A DNA stretch of 59,640 nucleotides, the filler included, from Basidiobolus ranarum (taxonomy: Eukaryota), in assembly GCA_040143965.1 (NCBI GenBank). It is 12 parts of 12 records of this genome, joined end to end, with 100 filler letters (N's around TTAATTAATTAA, not from the genome) between each part and the next. Parts side by side here need not be neighbours in the genome. Positions count along the whole stretch, not along the records: positions 34,898 to 39,771 come from JASJQH010008675.1; positions 39,872 to 44,743 come from JASJQH010008676.1; positions 44,844 to 49,711 come from JASJQH010008677.1; 9 more parts are not named here. The stretch is one strand, 5' to 3'. Of the stretch, positions 37,408 to 49,647 are shown in pieces; positions within the stretch are counted from its first letter, which is position 1, and each line of letters opens with the position of its first letter. The notes beneath the pieces were generated by a model that worked only from the letters and a program-made list of their open reading frames with translations, did no database searches and was not told the DNA's origin. Made by a program: the position numbers and the translations under genes.

Positions 37408-37417
37408 TATATAAATA
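37408..37417 (+). promoter_or_regulatory. TATA box candidate
   Basis: TATATAAATA ~125 bp upstream of ATG 37539, followed by a pyrimidine-rich leader. Confidence 0.45.
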
Positions 37418-37538
37418 GGAAGGGCTTTTGCCCATGACACCGTCATTTTTATTTTTGGCCACCATTTCTCGTCTTTTACTCAGACATTATTAATACCCTT
37501 AATCAATTGCATCTGCCTTACCCATTGGCCCTTTAATT

Positions 37539-38378
37539 ATGGATTCCTCGATTCGCCCTACGAGTGCTCTAGTAAAGCAAGCTACTAGTACTGTAGTTCA
37601 TAAAAACAACGACCCCAAATATAACTATCGCGGGCTACTATGGACTGATTTTTCATCAGCTTTGGTGTCTTCAATTTTTGTTTCACCTTTAGTTGCCATC
37701 ATTGACAAGTCGGTAGTATCTAATGCTAGTGGCCGTCAAAGTCTTGGCGAAGGTCTTCGAGCCGGCCTTAAAGATCTGTTCACTGCACCACACAAATTCA
37801 TCAAACAGCCAACGTTCATGATCATGTTTGCTGTATATTCAGGAACCTATGCCGTTGCTAACTGGACCGAAACCATTTGCAACCATCACGATACACCATG
37901 GCAATTTCCGAAATTCGTCACTTCCTCGATTGCTAACATTGGTTTGAGCTTACTAAGAGATAAACTGCTGGCCCAATGGTTTGGTTCCAGTGCTAAACCT
38001 AGGCCACTACCTTCTCTTTCCTATGGATGCTTTATTGCCCGTGATTGCTTAACAATCGCTGCTTCTTTCAACCTTCCCCCTGCAATGGCTCCTTGGATTC
38101 AGGGACGCGTGGGCTGGTCTAGAGGTAATTGTGAAATAGCTGCTCAGCTCATTACCCCGGTTGGAGTTCAGTTTCTTTCTACACCACTCCATTTGGCTGG
38201 CCTAGATCTATATAATAGACCAGGAGTCAGTACAGCTCATCGGATCGCGTTCTTAAAGAAAGAGACTGGACCTTCTACTGTCATTCGCATGATTCGTATC
38301 CTCCCAGCATTCTCACTTGGAGGAGTGGCCAACAAGTGGATGAGAATGAAAGGAAAGGAGTATTTTAGAGAGAACTGA
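37539..38378 (+). CDS. Conserved fungal membrane protein, mitochondrial-carrier-like (resembles the S. pombe C365.16 family)
   Basis: Intact 279-aa ORF with hydrophobic helices and Px(D/H) motifs (SPLVAIIDKS, RDCLTIAASFNLP, STPLHLAGLDLYNRP, RILPAFSLGGVAN). Family recognised from memory. Confidence 0.75.
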   Translation: MDSSIRPTSALVKQATSTVVHKNNDPKYNYRGLLWTDFSSALVSSIFVSPLVAIIDKSVVSNASGRQSLGEGLRAGLKDLFTAPHKFIKQPTFMIMFAVYSGTYAVANWTETICNHHDTPWQFPKFVTSSIANIGLSLLRDKLLAQWFGSSAKPRPLPSLSYGCFIARDCLTIAASFNLPPAMAPWIQGRVGWSRGNCEIAAQLITPVGVQFLSTPLHLAGLDLYNRPGVSTAHRIAFLKKETGPSTVIRMIRILPAFSLGGVANKWMRMKGKEYFREN

Positions 38379-39676
38379 TTACACACATCTACTATAGCAA
38401 CTATTCTCTCTTGAATTAGCCACATTCGAACCATCATTCTCATTAATACACCCGCTCAACAAGTATATTTTTTTCTGACTAATTAACACATTGAATATAC
38501 GCAAACAAACAAGATACCATTAACGGAACCCCATTAAATATATATGTATGTGCTTATTCACTATACCTCACTCATTGAATATGTTCAATAAATGGCTAGA
38601 GCCTCGTCAAGGCCAAGAACATTACCCAAAGATAATGTCAAGATAATCAGTGGAGGTGCACTATCGGGTGATAGGCAATGAGGACGTTAGATACTAAAAA
38701 TCCCTATCAATAATGATTACCTATCTGATACTAGATTCCAACTTACTCCATATGGTATCGATCAATTCCCTCAGCTCGGTCTAGTCAAGCTTCGTTCTCA
38801 AAACAAATATGACCTAGTATGATGATCGATATCACAGATGTTATACCTGAGAAACCAGGTCTAGTGCAGAATTCCGGAGCCATATTATTCAGCCTTAAGA
38901 GCACTGGTCTCAACACCACTTACCGCTCTAGCAGTCACACATATTAAATACAGTGTAATTAGTATCTGACGTACTTCCTTCAGCGTTGGACTGACTTAAA
39001 AGACAGACGCTTCGCCAAGTCAATTTGAGTATGAGTGAGAAAAGGATGTATTTTAGGTTGTTCGCGCCCTCATTTTTTGGATTGAAGAGCGAAGAAATGC
39101 TATAGCTTTGAGCTGATATACTGACACACTTACCACTGGAACATTTATCGGAAGATCGAGTGGCTAATGCAAGGAGAAGCTCCGCCCCAAATCTGTCAGA
39201 ATGGTGAATGTGGCACATACAAGTTTTTACATCAAGATGCTTTGAGTTCTGAATTTTTCATTGCCAGATCATCATCAGGCCATTTTGTGTGGACGATGAA
39301 TAACAAATCAGGCCTTCGAGCGGAGGGCACATTAAAATACCCGCTGCACGTTGGTGCAATCATAATGTTAATGCAGATTGTGCTTATGAAGAGGAGTTCA
39401 CCTATCACTTCCAGTCCAGCTTCTTTATTTGGATCTACGTAACGAGTATCTTGAGCTACAATGTACGACATCTCGTGAGCAGCCAAGCATTTAATGATTG
39501 GCTTTAATAGCGTTAAGTGTGGCTGCATATATGTAGATGAGATAATCATTGGTTTTACTAGCATTCACATAAAGTTTGTGCCCTGAGGTGCCACTGACCT
39601 GTATTTGACTATTCGACCCGCTCAACATTATTTTGGTTGGAGATTTATCTCCATCCTTAATAATCAAGCTGAAAGA

Positions 39677-39771
39677 CCATGGCCATTAGCGGCATCGTTT
39701 GCCTTATTAGTAACAACATTAGCAGCAGTATTAAAGTTTCATGGTTGGATTATGGGTGGAACTCTTTTAAC
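39677..39771 (+). pseudogene. cox3: cox3 N-terminal fragment, probable NUMT
   Basis: PWPLAASFALLVTTLAAVLKFHGWIMGGTLL resembles Cox3 helix I (SPWP...F..L..T..AV..FHG...GG.LL). TTA/GCA/GTA-rich codons; the usual upstream HPFHLV is absent. Confidence 0.7.
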
Positions 39772-40029
39772 NNNNNNNNNNNNNNNNNNNNNNNNNNNNN
39801 NNNNNNNNNNNNNNNTTAATTAATTAANNNNNNNNNNNNNNNNNNNNNNNNNNNNNNNNNNNNNNNNNNNNTGTATGAATACTGTTAAGATACCGTTAAG
39901 AAACCACTGTCACACCATCAAAGTCCCTGGCAGAATGCAAGCCAACAATATGGTGATGGTTCTCTGATGGTTTTGCTATTTTGGAGGGTAGATCCAATTC
40001 AGATCAAATTGATTTTATATTTGTTAGAG

Positions 40030-41500
40030 GCTAGTGAAGCTCTTACCTAGCTGAAAGAAGCAACAGCAGTTGTACACCACCCTGAAGGTAGACAATTTAT
40101 TAAAGCACATTTTGCCATACCACAGAGGGCATGGCTGCCAGTCAAAAACTATGAAGCTTCCACCATGGTTGAAGAGGCTAGAATGGCCATAAACAAACCT
40201 CAAGGTAGATTACTTGCTCCAACATGTACTGACAGGCAACCACAGCCATGAACAGTCAAAAGAGATGAAACTTCTACCATGGTTGAAGAATCAATACAGT
40301 TAAGCACAGGCCTCAAGTAAGGGTGATGCATAGAACTGGGCACCAGCTGCAATGTCTGGTTGACCCATTAAGTCAAGGCTGCACTTCTGAAGAAGAGACT
40401 GTAGTTATAAACAAACTGCAAACTAAACCAGACATGCCAAGGCAAACCACAGTAAATTAATCTTAGGCCACATCTCATACTGGCCAAAATAGAAGTACTT
40501 CAGCATGATCAAACCACATCATTCTCATACCACAACTCAAGCTGGCCAAGATAGAGGAATTTCAGCCAGATCAAACAGACCAATCCTGTGCAGAGGTTCA
40601 ATCACAGTTCCTTCTGTGGAAATATCTAGGAGACAACAAGAATAACAGAAGCAAATCAGCATGTACCACTTTAAGCCTGGGCAATAGCTGAACACTCTTG
40701 TTAATACTTACATTATTCTATCTTAACTGTTCAATGAATCATGTGCAATTAATATGGATTGAAGTTAATTATTGCACATATTGCTTTAGTCAGACAACAA
40801 TTGCTTATGTATCACAGAAATCAATGATAGCCTATTAATATAAGCAATTTGTGTACAATTAATGGAAAAAGGTCAGTCAATAAGAAGCTTATGCTGCTGT
40901 ATCAACTTGATATGGCTCAATCCATTCACATCCTCATCTAATTAGAAGCTTACATGATTGAATGAACAATTTGCGGATCTAAAAATGATGAATCAAACAA
41001 TTTTGACCAATACTATCATACCACAGATCAATCCATCATTGAGTGCTGTGATATGTTACCAGTGTGCCAAAACTACTGGTGTTTCATAATGCAGGAGCTG
41101 TTGGGCCAAATTGAAGATCAAAGTTTTGTCTGAGTGAGAGACAAATGATTGGCCTCAATACATGTAAATGGTTTTGTTATATGTTTGATTGGGTAAGTTA
41201 TAGTATAAATTGCTTATTGTTACCAATTCAATAACTGGTAAGTTACAAACTTGGAGTTGAACTTGCCTTCTTGGTTACGCAAAATCTTAATTTGGCAGTA
41301 CTGAAGCAGGTAACTTTCTAGATGCTGACACAGTATCTCCACAAAAATGTTTGTGTCCACTGGTAGTGAGATGGTGCCATATTGCTCCTTCTAGTGTCCA
41401 ATTGGGTGTTATAAGACCTAGCCATGGTAACTGATACAATGTGCCAGATAGTGTGGTATCAGGCTGGATCAAGTGGCATGATCTGCCCTGGTCTGATGGA
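40030..41500 (+). repeat. Family Y, longest copy
   Basis: Tandem units at ~40030-40320, then a body shared with 11270-11860, 11861-12720 (reverse complement) and 26310-26960. Confidence 0.75.
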
Positions 41501-43800
41501 ACAAGTCTAATATAAATCAAAGTTGTGGACAGCTGAGAATGCCAGGGTTGCTCCAATGGAGCTCAACATAGCAACTTGGGCAAATGTTCCATTAAAATCA
41601 AATCCTAGAAGCTGGGAATACCCATTTGCAACAAATCTTGCTTTGCACATTTCAATGGTTGCAACAGCACAATTTTTATTTGAAGGCCCATATGCAAACT
41701 ATTGGCTTTCTCCCTCATGGTTAAGGACTTAAAACCCATGTTGTATTGTCCTGAGATAAAGAAAACTCATCAAATATTGCTTTTTCCCTTGTTAATGTTT
41801 CTCTTCACTCCCAAACTTGATCTAAAGTCTCATGCTTGTCACAGAGTGGTACATGGGCATTGACATCATCTTTGGGAGTGTCCTACTAGGTCCCTGGCTT
41901 ATCTCTCCCTCTGGATAATCTTCCAGTTCCTGGATCATCATCTAAAGGAATTGAGGCACCAATTTTGGTTGCATCAGGTTTAGATAAAACTAATATTTGG
42001 CCAGATGCTTCAATAATGGCTCTCATTATGGTTTCTGGATCAAGAACTTACACCTGGGGTGAAAAATCAGCTTTTTAATGAAAATATCCCTCTCTGCACT
42101 ATATTAACTTGTAATATTTGCTATCAAATAGTCTGTTAGTCTTGCATATAGCATAGTAACCATGACTTCAGCATTTGCTGCTTTGAGGTTCCAAATTAGA
42201 GTGTGATTGAGCTAGAATTTGGCAATATTAAGTGTAACCAAAGATCCTCAGATGATGCTCACATGGCTTTGAGCTCTGTAGAGCTTTTAATTAGATGAAA
42301 ATTTGTTGGGCATCTGTTTTTGATACACAATGCAGAGGAGAGAGATTCCACTCAGTATTGGTAATCCAAGTATCAATCAAGTAATGAAGTTCTTGCTATC
42401 TCCACTAATGTTCCATTAGAACATTCTGTAACTCCATTTTGCTCTGGAGTTTACTGTTCAGTAGTTTGTTGCTTACTTGCATTAGTATAACAAAAACTGG
42501 CCTAGTCTGTAGAGCAGTATTCTCCCTCATCATTGATCCTTGGTACCCTTATTTTTGTGCAGATTCTCTTCTTACCATTTTTTGTAGTGCTTGAAAATAG
42601 TTAGGGCTCAAGAGCTTTATATGAGAAACAGTGCCAAAGTATATCCTGTTTTGTCATCAATAAAAATCATAAAGTTGGTTTTGTCACCCTGTGATGTTCT
42701 TCATTACCCACATAGGTCAGAATGAGTCAAGGGAAGATTCTGGTTTGATACAATCTCTCCAGTGCTTGAAAACAAGTATTCCACATATGGAACCTTCACA
42801 CATATCCAATTTGGCAATATTTTCAATTTCAAAGCCTGATGCAAGCTGATATTGGAATATTTGGGTCAGTCTTTGTGGCTTAATGTGGCTTAATCATTTA
42901 TGCCACTATTGACTGGCTTTGTTTCAACAATTCTGGCCAAGTTTGTATGTCAAAATGCAAATTGTTCATTTCAAACTTGTTTAAGTTTTGAGTTTTGATC
43001 TCTGTAGCTATTTTGGTATTATTCTATTCTAAAATAGTGCATCCAGTACTGCTGAACACAAAAGCAAGTACTTCACCAGTTGCTTTGCTTGTTGAGAGTG
43101 GATTCTTTGCTATATTTGGTACATAGATATCTCTTCTAAATTTGCAGATTGTCTAGCTGTATTTCAGTCTAAATTCAAACCACTGTGCCTATACCAACTG
43201 TATCTAACTCATAGTTATAGCCTAAGTAGATTTTCATTGTTTGGATGGGTTTCAAACTGGACAACTAATCTTTATTGTTTGCCATATGCTGAGAAGCTCC
43301 TGAATCAATGTATCACATTTCTGAGTTCTTTTTAGTGTTTACTGATAGAGTAGACATTAATAGATGATCCCTATCAGTGCTCACTTAAATCAAGTTTCTC
43401 AAATTTTACCTTTTTGACAAAAATTCCATTTTTGCACTCTCTGATTAAATGGCCTGGTTATGTGCAATAACTGCAAATGATTGCTTTCCTATTGGGGACA
43501 CCATTATTAAGCCTGTTGGAAATTTAATAGCCACAAAAAGTGCCTGATCTGCTTTGTTTTGCAGCAAATTTGATCTCCTTCATTCCCCACTTAAAATCTC
43601 AGCACCAACATCTTACATTGTTAATGGCTTTGATCTGGATTCCATGGCAATTATAAGGCTCTCAAATTTCTATGGCAGGCTCTTAGGTAACATCATGGCT
43701 ATGTCATCTCCATTTGGAGATGCTTTAATGGAAGAGAGCTGATCCCCCATAGCTTGAATCCATTTTATATGATTGACCATAGAGTTACTAGAAGTTGTCA
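41501..43800 (-). mobile_element. Degenerate Copia gag-PR-INT-RT (start)
   Basis: Minus-strand relics: KSLP.KFESLIIAME, knuckle CSYC..PGH..REC, IDSGASQHM, THSDLCG, TPEQNGV.E, HLRIFGY and RFVANGYSQ.LGFDFN.TFA.VA. Confidence 0.9.
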
Positions 43801-44012
43801 GAACTGTGAATACTTTGCATCAGAGACATAGCATATTAGCCAGACTTTTAATCCTATAGAGTCCCTCAAGCATTTTCCAGGCATTTTGGACAATTTTGGC
43901 TGAGAGTTAGTGCTACATTTGAGAGTCTCTGACATATAAACAGAGTGTAGAGGGTGTTTTCTCTGCTTCTTGTGAAAGGCAAAGTTAGCTTCTGGTGGTC
44001 CCTTTGGCTCTA

Positions 44013-44538
44013 TGTCTTTGATTAAAGTTTTTAGGGGATTTGGAGATGTTTTAGACAAGATTAAGATTTCTGAATTAGAGACTTAAGTTTTGTAAAAATT
44101 GAATATGTCATGTTTCTAGTTTACTATGAAGTAGGACTTTTGGATGTACTCAGATCATATAGCATGCTTGTAAAGCTTAGTTGAGAATTTCAGGTGATTT
44201 GGAAAGGTTTTGAGAAAATAGTGAGTATTGGTAAAAGTGATCTAATCAATATTCCTACCAGTAAGAGCAATAAACACACATTTTTGAATTGGAGAATTGA
44301 GTGCTAAATAATTAGAATATAGGTAAACTAACTACAAAATGTGCGCTGCTAGATACATGTATTCCACATTCCACTTGACTAATTATTTTTTATTTCTCTT
44401 AAACCTAACTTATATCTTGATAATTCCAATTGTGCTATAGCTAAAGGTTTGGCTAAAATGTCAGTAATCAATTATTTAGTAATGCAATAGACAAGTTCAA
44501 TTATATTAATTTCAATTGCTTCTCTAACAACAAGATGC
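44013..44538 (-). mobile_element. Copia RNase H end, PPT and 3' LTR family C (LTR ~44013-44368)
   Basis: VREAIE...IELVYC.T...ITDILAKPL, then a purine tract and TGTGGAA. Homologous to 17921-18276. Confidence 0.75.
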
Positions 44539-44743
44539 TGTCATGATTCTGATCTCGGCATACTGATCCACTGCATATGGAACTCTTCTATTATTAGATT
44601 ATGACATCATATCTACTATGCCACCCCTTCCGGGCAATCTGGTGTCAGTTCATCCAGATTACCTTATATGGAAGTCATGTTCTTTGGAACATTCCATGAA
44701 ACCTGACCAATCATGTCATCCCACACATAGTGTATTTCCGCCA
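44539..44743 (-). repeat. LTR family B, partial at contig end
   Basis: TGTCATGATTCTGATCTCGGCATACTGATCC matches 5509 onward. Confidence 0.9.
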
Positions 44744-46328
44744 NNNNNNNNNNNNNNNNNNNNNNNNNNNNNNNNNNNNNNNNNNNNTTAATTAATTAAN
44801 NNNNNNNNNNNNNNNNNNNNNNNNNNNNNNNNNNNNNNNNNNNATGTTCATCACCAAGCCGCCAATATTGTTTTGCCATTCTATCTGAAAAGGATGTATT
44901 TGCAGAATTTTATGATGAAAATCGGATTCTTAGCATGCTCTATGGTGTTTTTCTTGATTTTAATATTTACTTTAGTAACTGTATATTGAACTTAAAATTA
45001 CTAATCTATACCATGGAGATATTGGGCCATAGATTAACTTTGTGATTCCACAATACAGGTGCTCCTTTTTGTGTGATCTGACAACAGCCACTAATTGATT
45101 GCATCATCTAGGTACTGACAAGTCACAGTTATGACTTTCATCTTACTAACAAGAATCTGTGTTAGTATTGAAAAGGAGTAAACACTTCTTCATTACCCTA
45201 GTCCTTATTCACCAAGTAAAATTGGATACATATGTGGTCACATTGGTGAGAGTGTTAATGCAGGGACAAAGTGTCAGTAGCTTCAATAGACTCATACAAC
45301 AATATTCAAAATCAATTTTAACACAGATTAAAGCCACATATGATCTTCATGGCAACTACTAGGCACAAACATTGAAATACAAAACTGACAATTTTAAAAT
45401 AAAAAACTAGATACTTGGAACCTAATATACAGTCATTTACATGAAGAAAATAGGTACCCCTTATCTGCCACAAAATGTATCTGTCACTTACTAAAGAAAT
45501 ATGCTGAATAATATATCATTTTCGAATATTAATCCAGTAGTTTATAACAGGGTATGGGCTGAATACTACCGCATGTTTAGTTAGACACGTATCAGGTATA
45601 TAAGCCTCAGCTGTTTTGAAATATATGTGTATAATCATTAAATATATTGACACAGATGATGACCTATTTCCAATATATTGTCTCGGATGGCCATCTATTT
45701 AAGGGTATAAAACATGAAGATGCTTGGAGCAATTTTGTTCGATTATCTAATTTTTTAAGAATGTTACACGGTTAAAGAGTATGGTTCTTTAAGATGTATA
45801 CAGATAGATAAATTTGAGAGTTATCTTGCAGATTCGAGGTAGTAATATAATAATATTCTTCCCCTTACTTTCTTTTTCGTAACATATTTTATTGCATTGC
45901 GATTACAGGTATTTATATGTGCTTGTGAATATATGTATTCTGACTTGTTACTAATTCCTAATTTCTAGTTATCTTAGTGGACAGTGCTTGAGTCTTGGTT
46001 ATATGCGGAGATTATGCTTTATTCATGCTTTCCATTTACTTTGTAACAAAAAACATGTTACCTCCACGGAGTTATCAGGCGAATCGGTAGAATTTGGCGT
46101 ATAACTTAGAAACAAGGTATAATTCAAGGGAAGTAACGTTTATTTCAGTCAGGGAATTCATGGAAGTAACTGGAGAATGGAGATATCGCTCTGTCGTTAT
46201 GTCGATATACACAATGTTTCTTAAATACCTAAAGTGGCTTATTGCAATAGCTATCTTTGGTTATTGATTATTTAGTTTATGGTTAATAATACCAAAATGT
46301 GACGAATAATTTCGTAACAAATACACAA

Positions 46329-46401
46329 GGCCCTGTAGCTCAGTGGATAGAGCGTCCGCCTCCTAAGCGGAAAGTCCCGGGTTCGACCCCCGGTTGGGTT
46401 G
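46329..46401 (+). tRNA. tRNA-Arg (anticodon CCT)
   Basis: GGCCCTG TA GCTC AGTGGATA GAGC G TCCGC CT CCT AA GCGGA AAGTC CCGGG TTCGACC CCCGG TTGGGTT G: perfect D, anticodon and T stems, CpGs intact, T-runs downstream. Confidence 0.9.
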
Positions 46402-48990
46402 ACTTTTATTATATTTTTCCTGGTATAGCCACATAATACATTAATCGAAGATTTATTAATATATCCAGAAATATATACATCATTTCTTAATGATGTAATC
46501 TAGGTTCGCAAGCTTACATTATAAGGAAAAAAATATATTTACAACACCATTTAATAAGGAGTAATACCAAGTATGACAATTGCCTATCACAAATCTAAGC
46601 TTATGAAAATGGAAAATTTATAGTAAAGTTCACCTAGGGTAGCTGTTTATGTATTCAGTTACTGTTTGAAGTATTTGTGCGGATGATTTATTGACTGTTA
46701 TTGTTTCAGCTCTACTCGATTTTCCAAATACTTTACTCGAAATAGTCTTTACCTTGATAATACACAATTAGCTCTATATATCATCGGTATGTAAAGAATA
46801 TGTATTTGGAGGTTTAAATGTTTAACACAAGCTCTAGTTATCCGCAGCCACATTTGCTTTATTAATATGTTTATAGTTTGATATATATAGGATATTTATA
46901 ATTCTGAGAACATAAATTTCTCTCTTGAGAATGCTAATGGCAATATATTGCTTGGTGGGGATGTACTCCTAGTATACAAATCACAGTCTACTTATGGTCA
47001 ATTAAGCATACTACTATTTGATGACTTTCGTATACAGGATATATTTGAATATAAAATTTTGTAAAAATCACTTTACATTCAATCAGTTCATCATTATATA
47101 ATCTTCAAGCTGAACGTTGTAATAGATATAACAACAAAGCTTATATATTATATCTCATCGCCAGGCCCATACAACAATGTTGTAATGAAAGATTAGGCAC
47201 CAAACACTCGACTCCAGTAGTTTCCATTGGTAACATAGCCAAGCCCAGAAGAGTCGAATTGGGAATTGAGAATGTTTCATTGATTCCCAACTCTAACACC
47301 GGAGATTCCATAAATAGTGGGGAAGAGGTTAAAACATCTGAGAAAACACAAGGCCTAGTAGAAATACCCCTATCATACTAGGCTTTTTCATGTCTCAGGA
47401 GCTAAAATTGATTTTGAATTCTTCATAAGAATTTCCGACGGGCATATCTCTGTGAAAGTAAACACAAGCTAATGCCACATAATATGTGTCATCTTGATGC
47501 CAAAAGTAGTCGTTCTTCCATAGACAAGCAAGCTGTTCGGAATTCCGGATAAATTCATCGTGTAAATTTGTCATGTTTAGGACTTGTCCACTAGTAGCTA
47601 TGAACTTACTATCTTGAAGTGAATGACCTAGGGCTTTTGGCAGCATATTCACTGTACGAAGTTAATATTCCGGGGATGTCATGTTCTCTTGTCTTACATA
47701 GTTAATATTCATTGTTGAAGAGCTTCTCCAGGGTGATAGCTGTAATCCCAGCTGTGGGTGTATTTTCCACTACAGCAGGGAGGGTTTTTTTTATAGAACA
47801 GTAAGTTATATCGGCAAGGAGTGTGTTACAATTTCGAAATTCGTGGTGCGGTGACAGTTCAATCGTCAGGTGACTCTTTAGTAATACTAAACTTATGATG
47901 GTTTCTGAATATCATTCCATTCATCAAACCTTACTCTATTGTACTCATTTCTTGAGGAATCAGGAAAATGACACATCATATTTCCTTCTCTTCTTCATGT
48001 ATATAAAAATAGGTACCAGATTTGAATGTGCTACAATGAAAACCACGTATATGAAAGAAACGTTGGTGTAATGGCTGTTCCTCTATCTTTATTAATAACT
48101 TGTATTGTCATCAGAAGTAACCTATCTGAACATAAGCGTATCTGTCAACATCGACCTTTCTCTTATTCATAAGTTGTAGTGAAACTTCTTTCACTAAAGA
48201 GCCTAATCAGTATGTTGGTATTTCAGCATTCAAGAATCATCTTGTGGATCTACTCCACTCTCTCCATCTAGCTCATACTTATTGTCTAAACTTATCCTAG
48301 TTACTAATATATTTATTGCCAAATAAAAACATTTCTCTTATCACTCTTTACTATAACATCTGAAACATTTGCTTAATTGACTTCAACACTTTCAAATAAA
48401 AGCTTCGTAAATTACGAAAACTAAGGGTGTCCAGTTAATTACCAGTAAGCTCAGTAGTTAATATTATAATTAAATCACAATGCTACTAGCTTGAGCTCGA
48501 ATAGAGTAATCACGAATATTCTACCACATCTGTGTATTCATTACAATTACCCATTTTGGATCTATAGATAGCATGGTTCAAATCTATCATACTATTAGCG
48601 CGGTACTTACATTGCTTGATAAGCTCGTTATAGTCTTTAATACTTATATTACCTTTGTATATTTCATCGGAAAAAGTAGCAAAATTAACATGTTAAGAGA
48701 GAAGAAGGGTTATTCAATATCATGAACTACTGCTTATAGTTAAGTATCGATACAAAGTGGTAATATCTATACGACTCAAATTCTGACACCACGCCTTGAA
48801 GTTTCTACATGTGATGAATTCTAGGATACTAGTACCTCAAATAATGAACAAGAATGCGATGATGAACTAGTTGAGTGCAAAACCAAATTGCTCCTCCATA
48901 CAAAGTAAGAGTGTTGGATGTCGAATATATCACATAGTTACGACTGGTTAATTGCTAGCCCAATCAAGACATGATATTTTTGTATCTTGA

Positions 48991-49160
48991 GCTGATAGCT
49001 GATAGCTGATAGAAATCATTAGCTAGTAATTCGATAATTCATTAGCTAGTAATTCGATAATTCATTAGCTAGTAATTCGACAATTCCGGTATGGGGTTAG
49101 CTTCAAATCATCGACAATTCCGGTCTAGCTTCAATTCATTGACAATTCAGGTTTAGCTCC
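48991..49160 (+). repeat. Subtelomeric minisatellites (7-bp GCTGATA x3; 23-bp TCATTAGCTAGTAATTCGATAAT x3; ~28-bp GACAATTCCGGT..AGCTTCAA.TCAT x3)
   Basis: Tandem units read directly, ~450 bp from the telomere tract. Confidence 0.8.
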
Positions 49161-49581
49161 AAAACCTTCTTTTTATTCGATTTAGGAATTCTCAAGATAT
49201 CGAGCGTGGATCTGATATAAGTTAAAAATAAGATACAAAAGCTAAGGAAACCAACTACGGCCGAACTAGAAATAAAGATGTGAAACCATTATAACCCATC
49301 TTCTGCAGAATACACTGATAGTACACTGTATGACAAACTCTAATGATATCGTTGATTCACCGGTTGATTCACAGGGATTATACTGTATGACAAACTCTAA
49401 TCCCCCTCTATGTAATAGCTTAATTATGTAATTCATAATCACAACCTGAGCCAATTTCACTTAAAAATTTGTGTAACAATTTTCCTTATGACCACGCCAG
49501 TAGAGCTCCTAGTTTTCTTGATTAATGTTTCCAGTATGATACTCATTGAGAATTTCTAAAACTGTGTACAACAACATTTGA

Positions 49582-49647
49582 TCAGGGTTAGGGTTAGGGT
49601 TAGGGTTAGGGTTAGGGTTAGGGTTAGGGTAAGGGTTAGGGTTAGGG
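49582..49647 (+). repeat. Telomeric (TTAGGG)n tract, about 11 units, at contig end
   Basis: TCAGGG(TTAGGG)7 TAAGGG (TTAGGG)2, G-rich strand pointing to the contig end, then decaying into poly-G. Confidence 0.9.

Noticed and set aside
49014-49160. 23-28-bp repeats as a CRISPR array
   Set aside because: Units are directly tandem with no unique spacers, the context is a eukaryotic subtelomere, and no cas genes are present.
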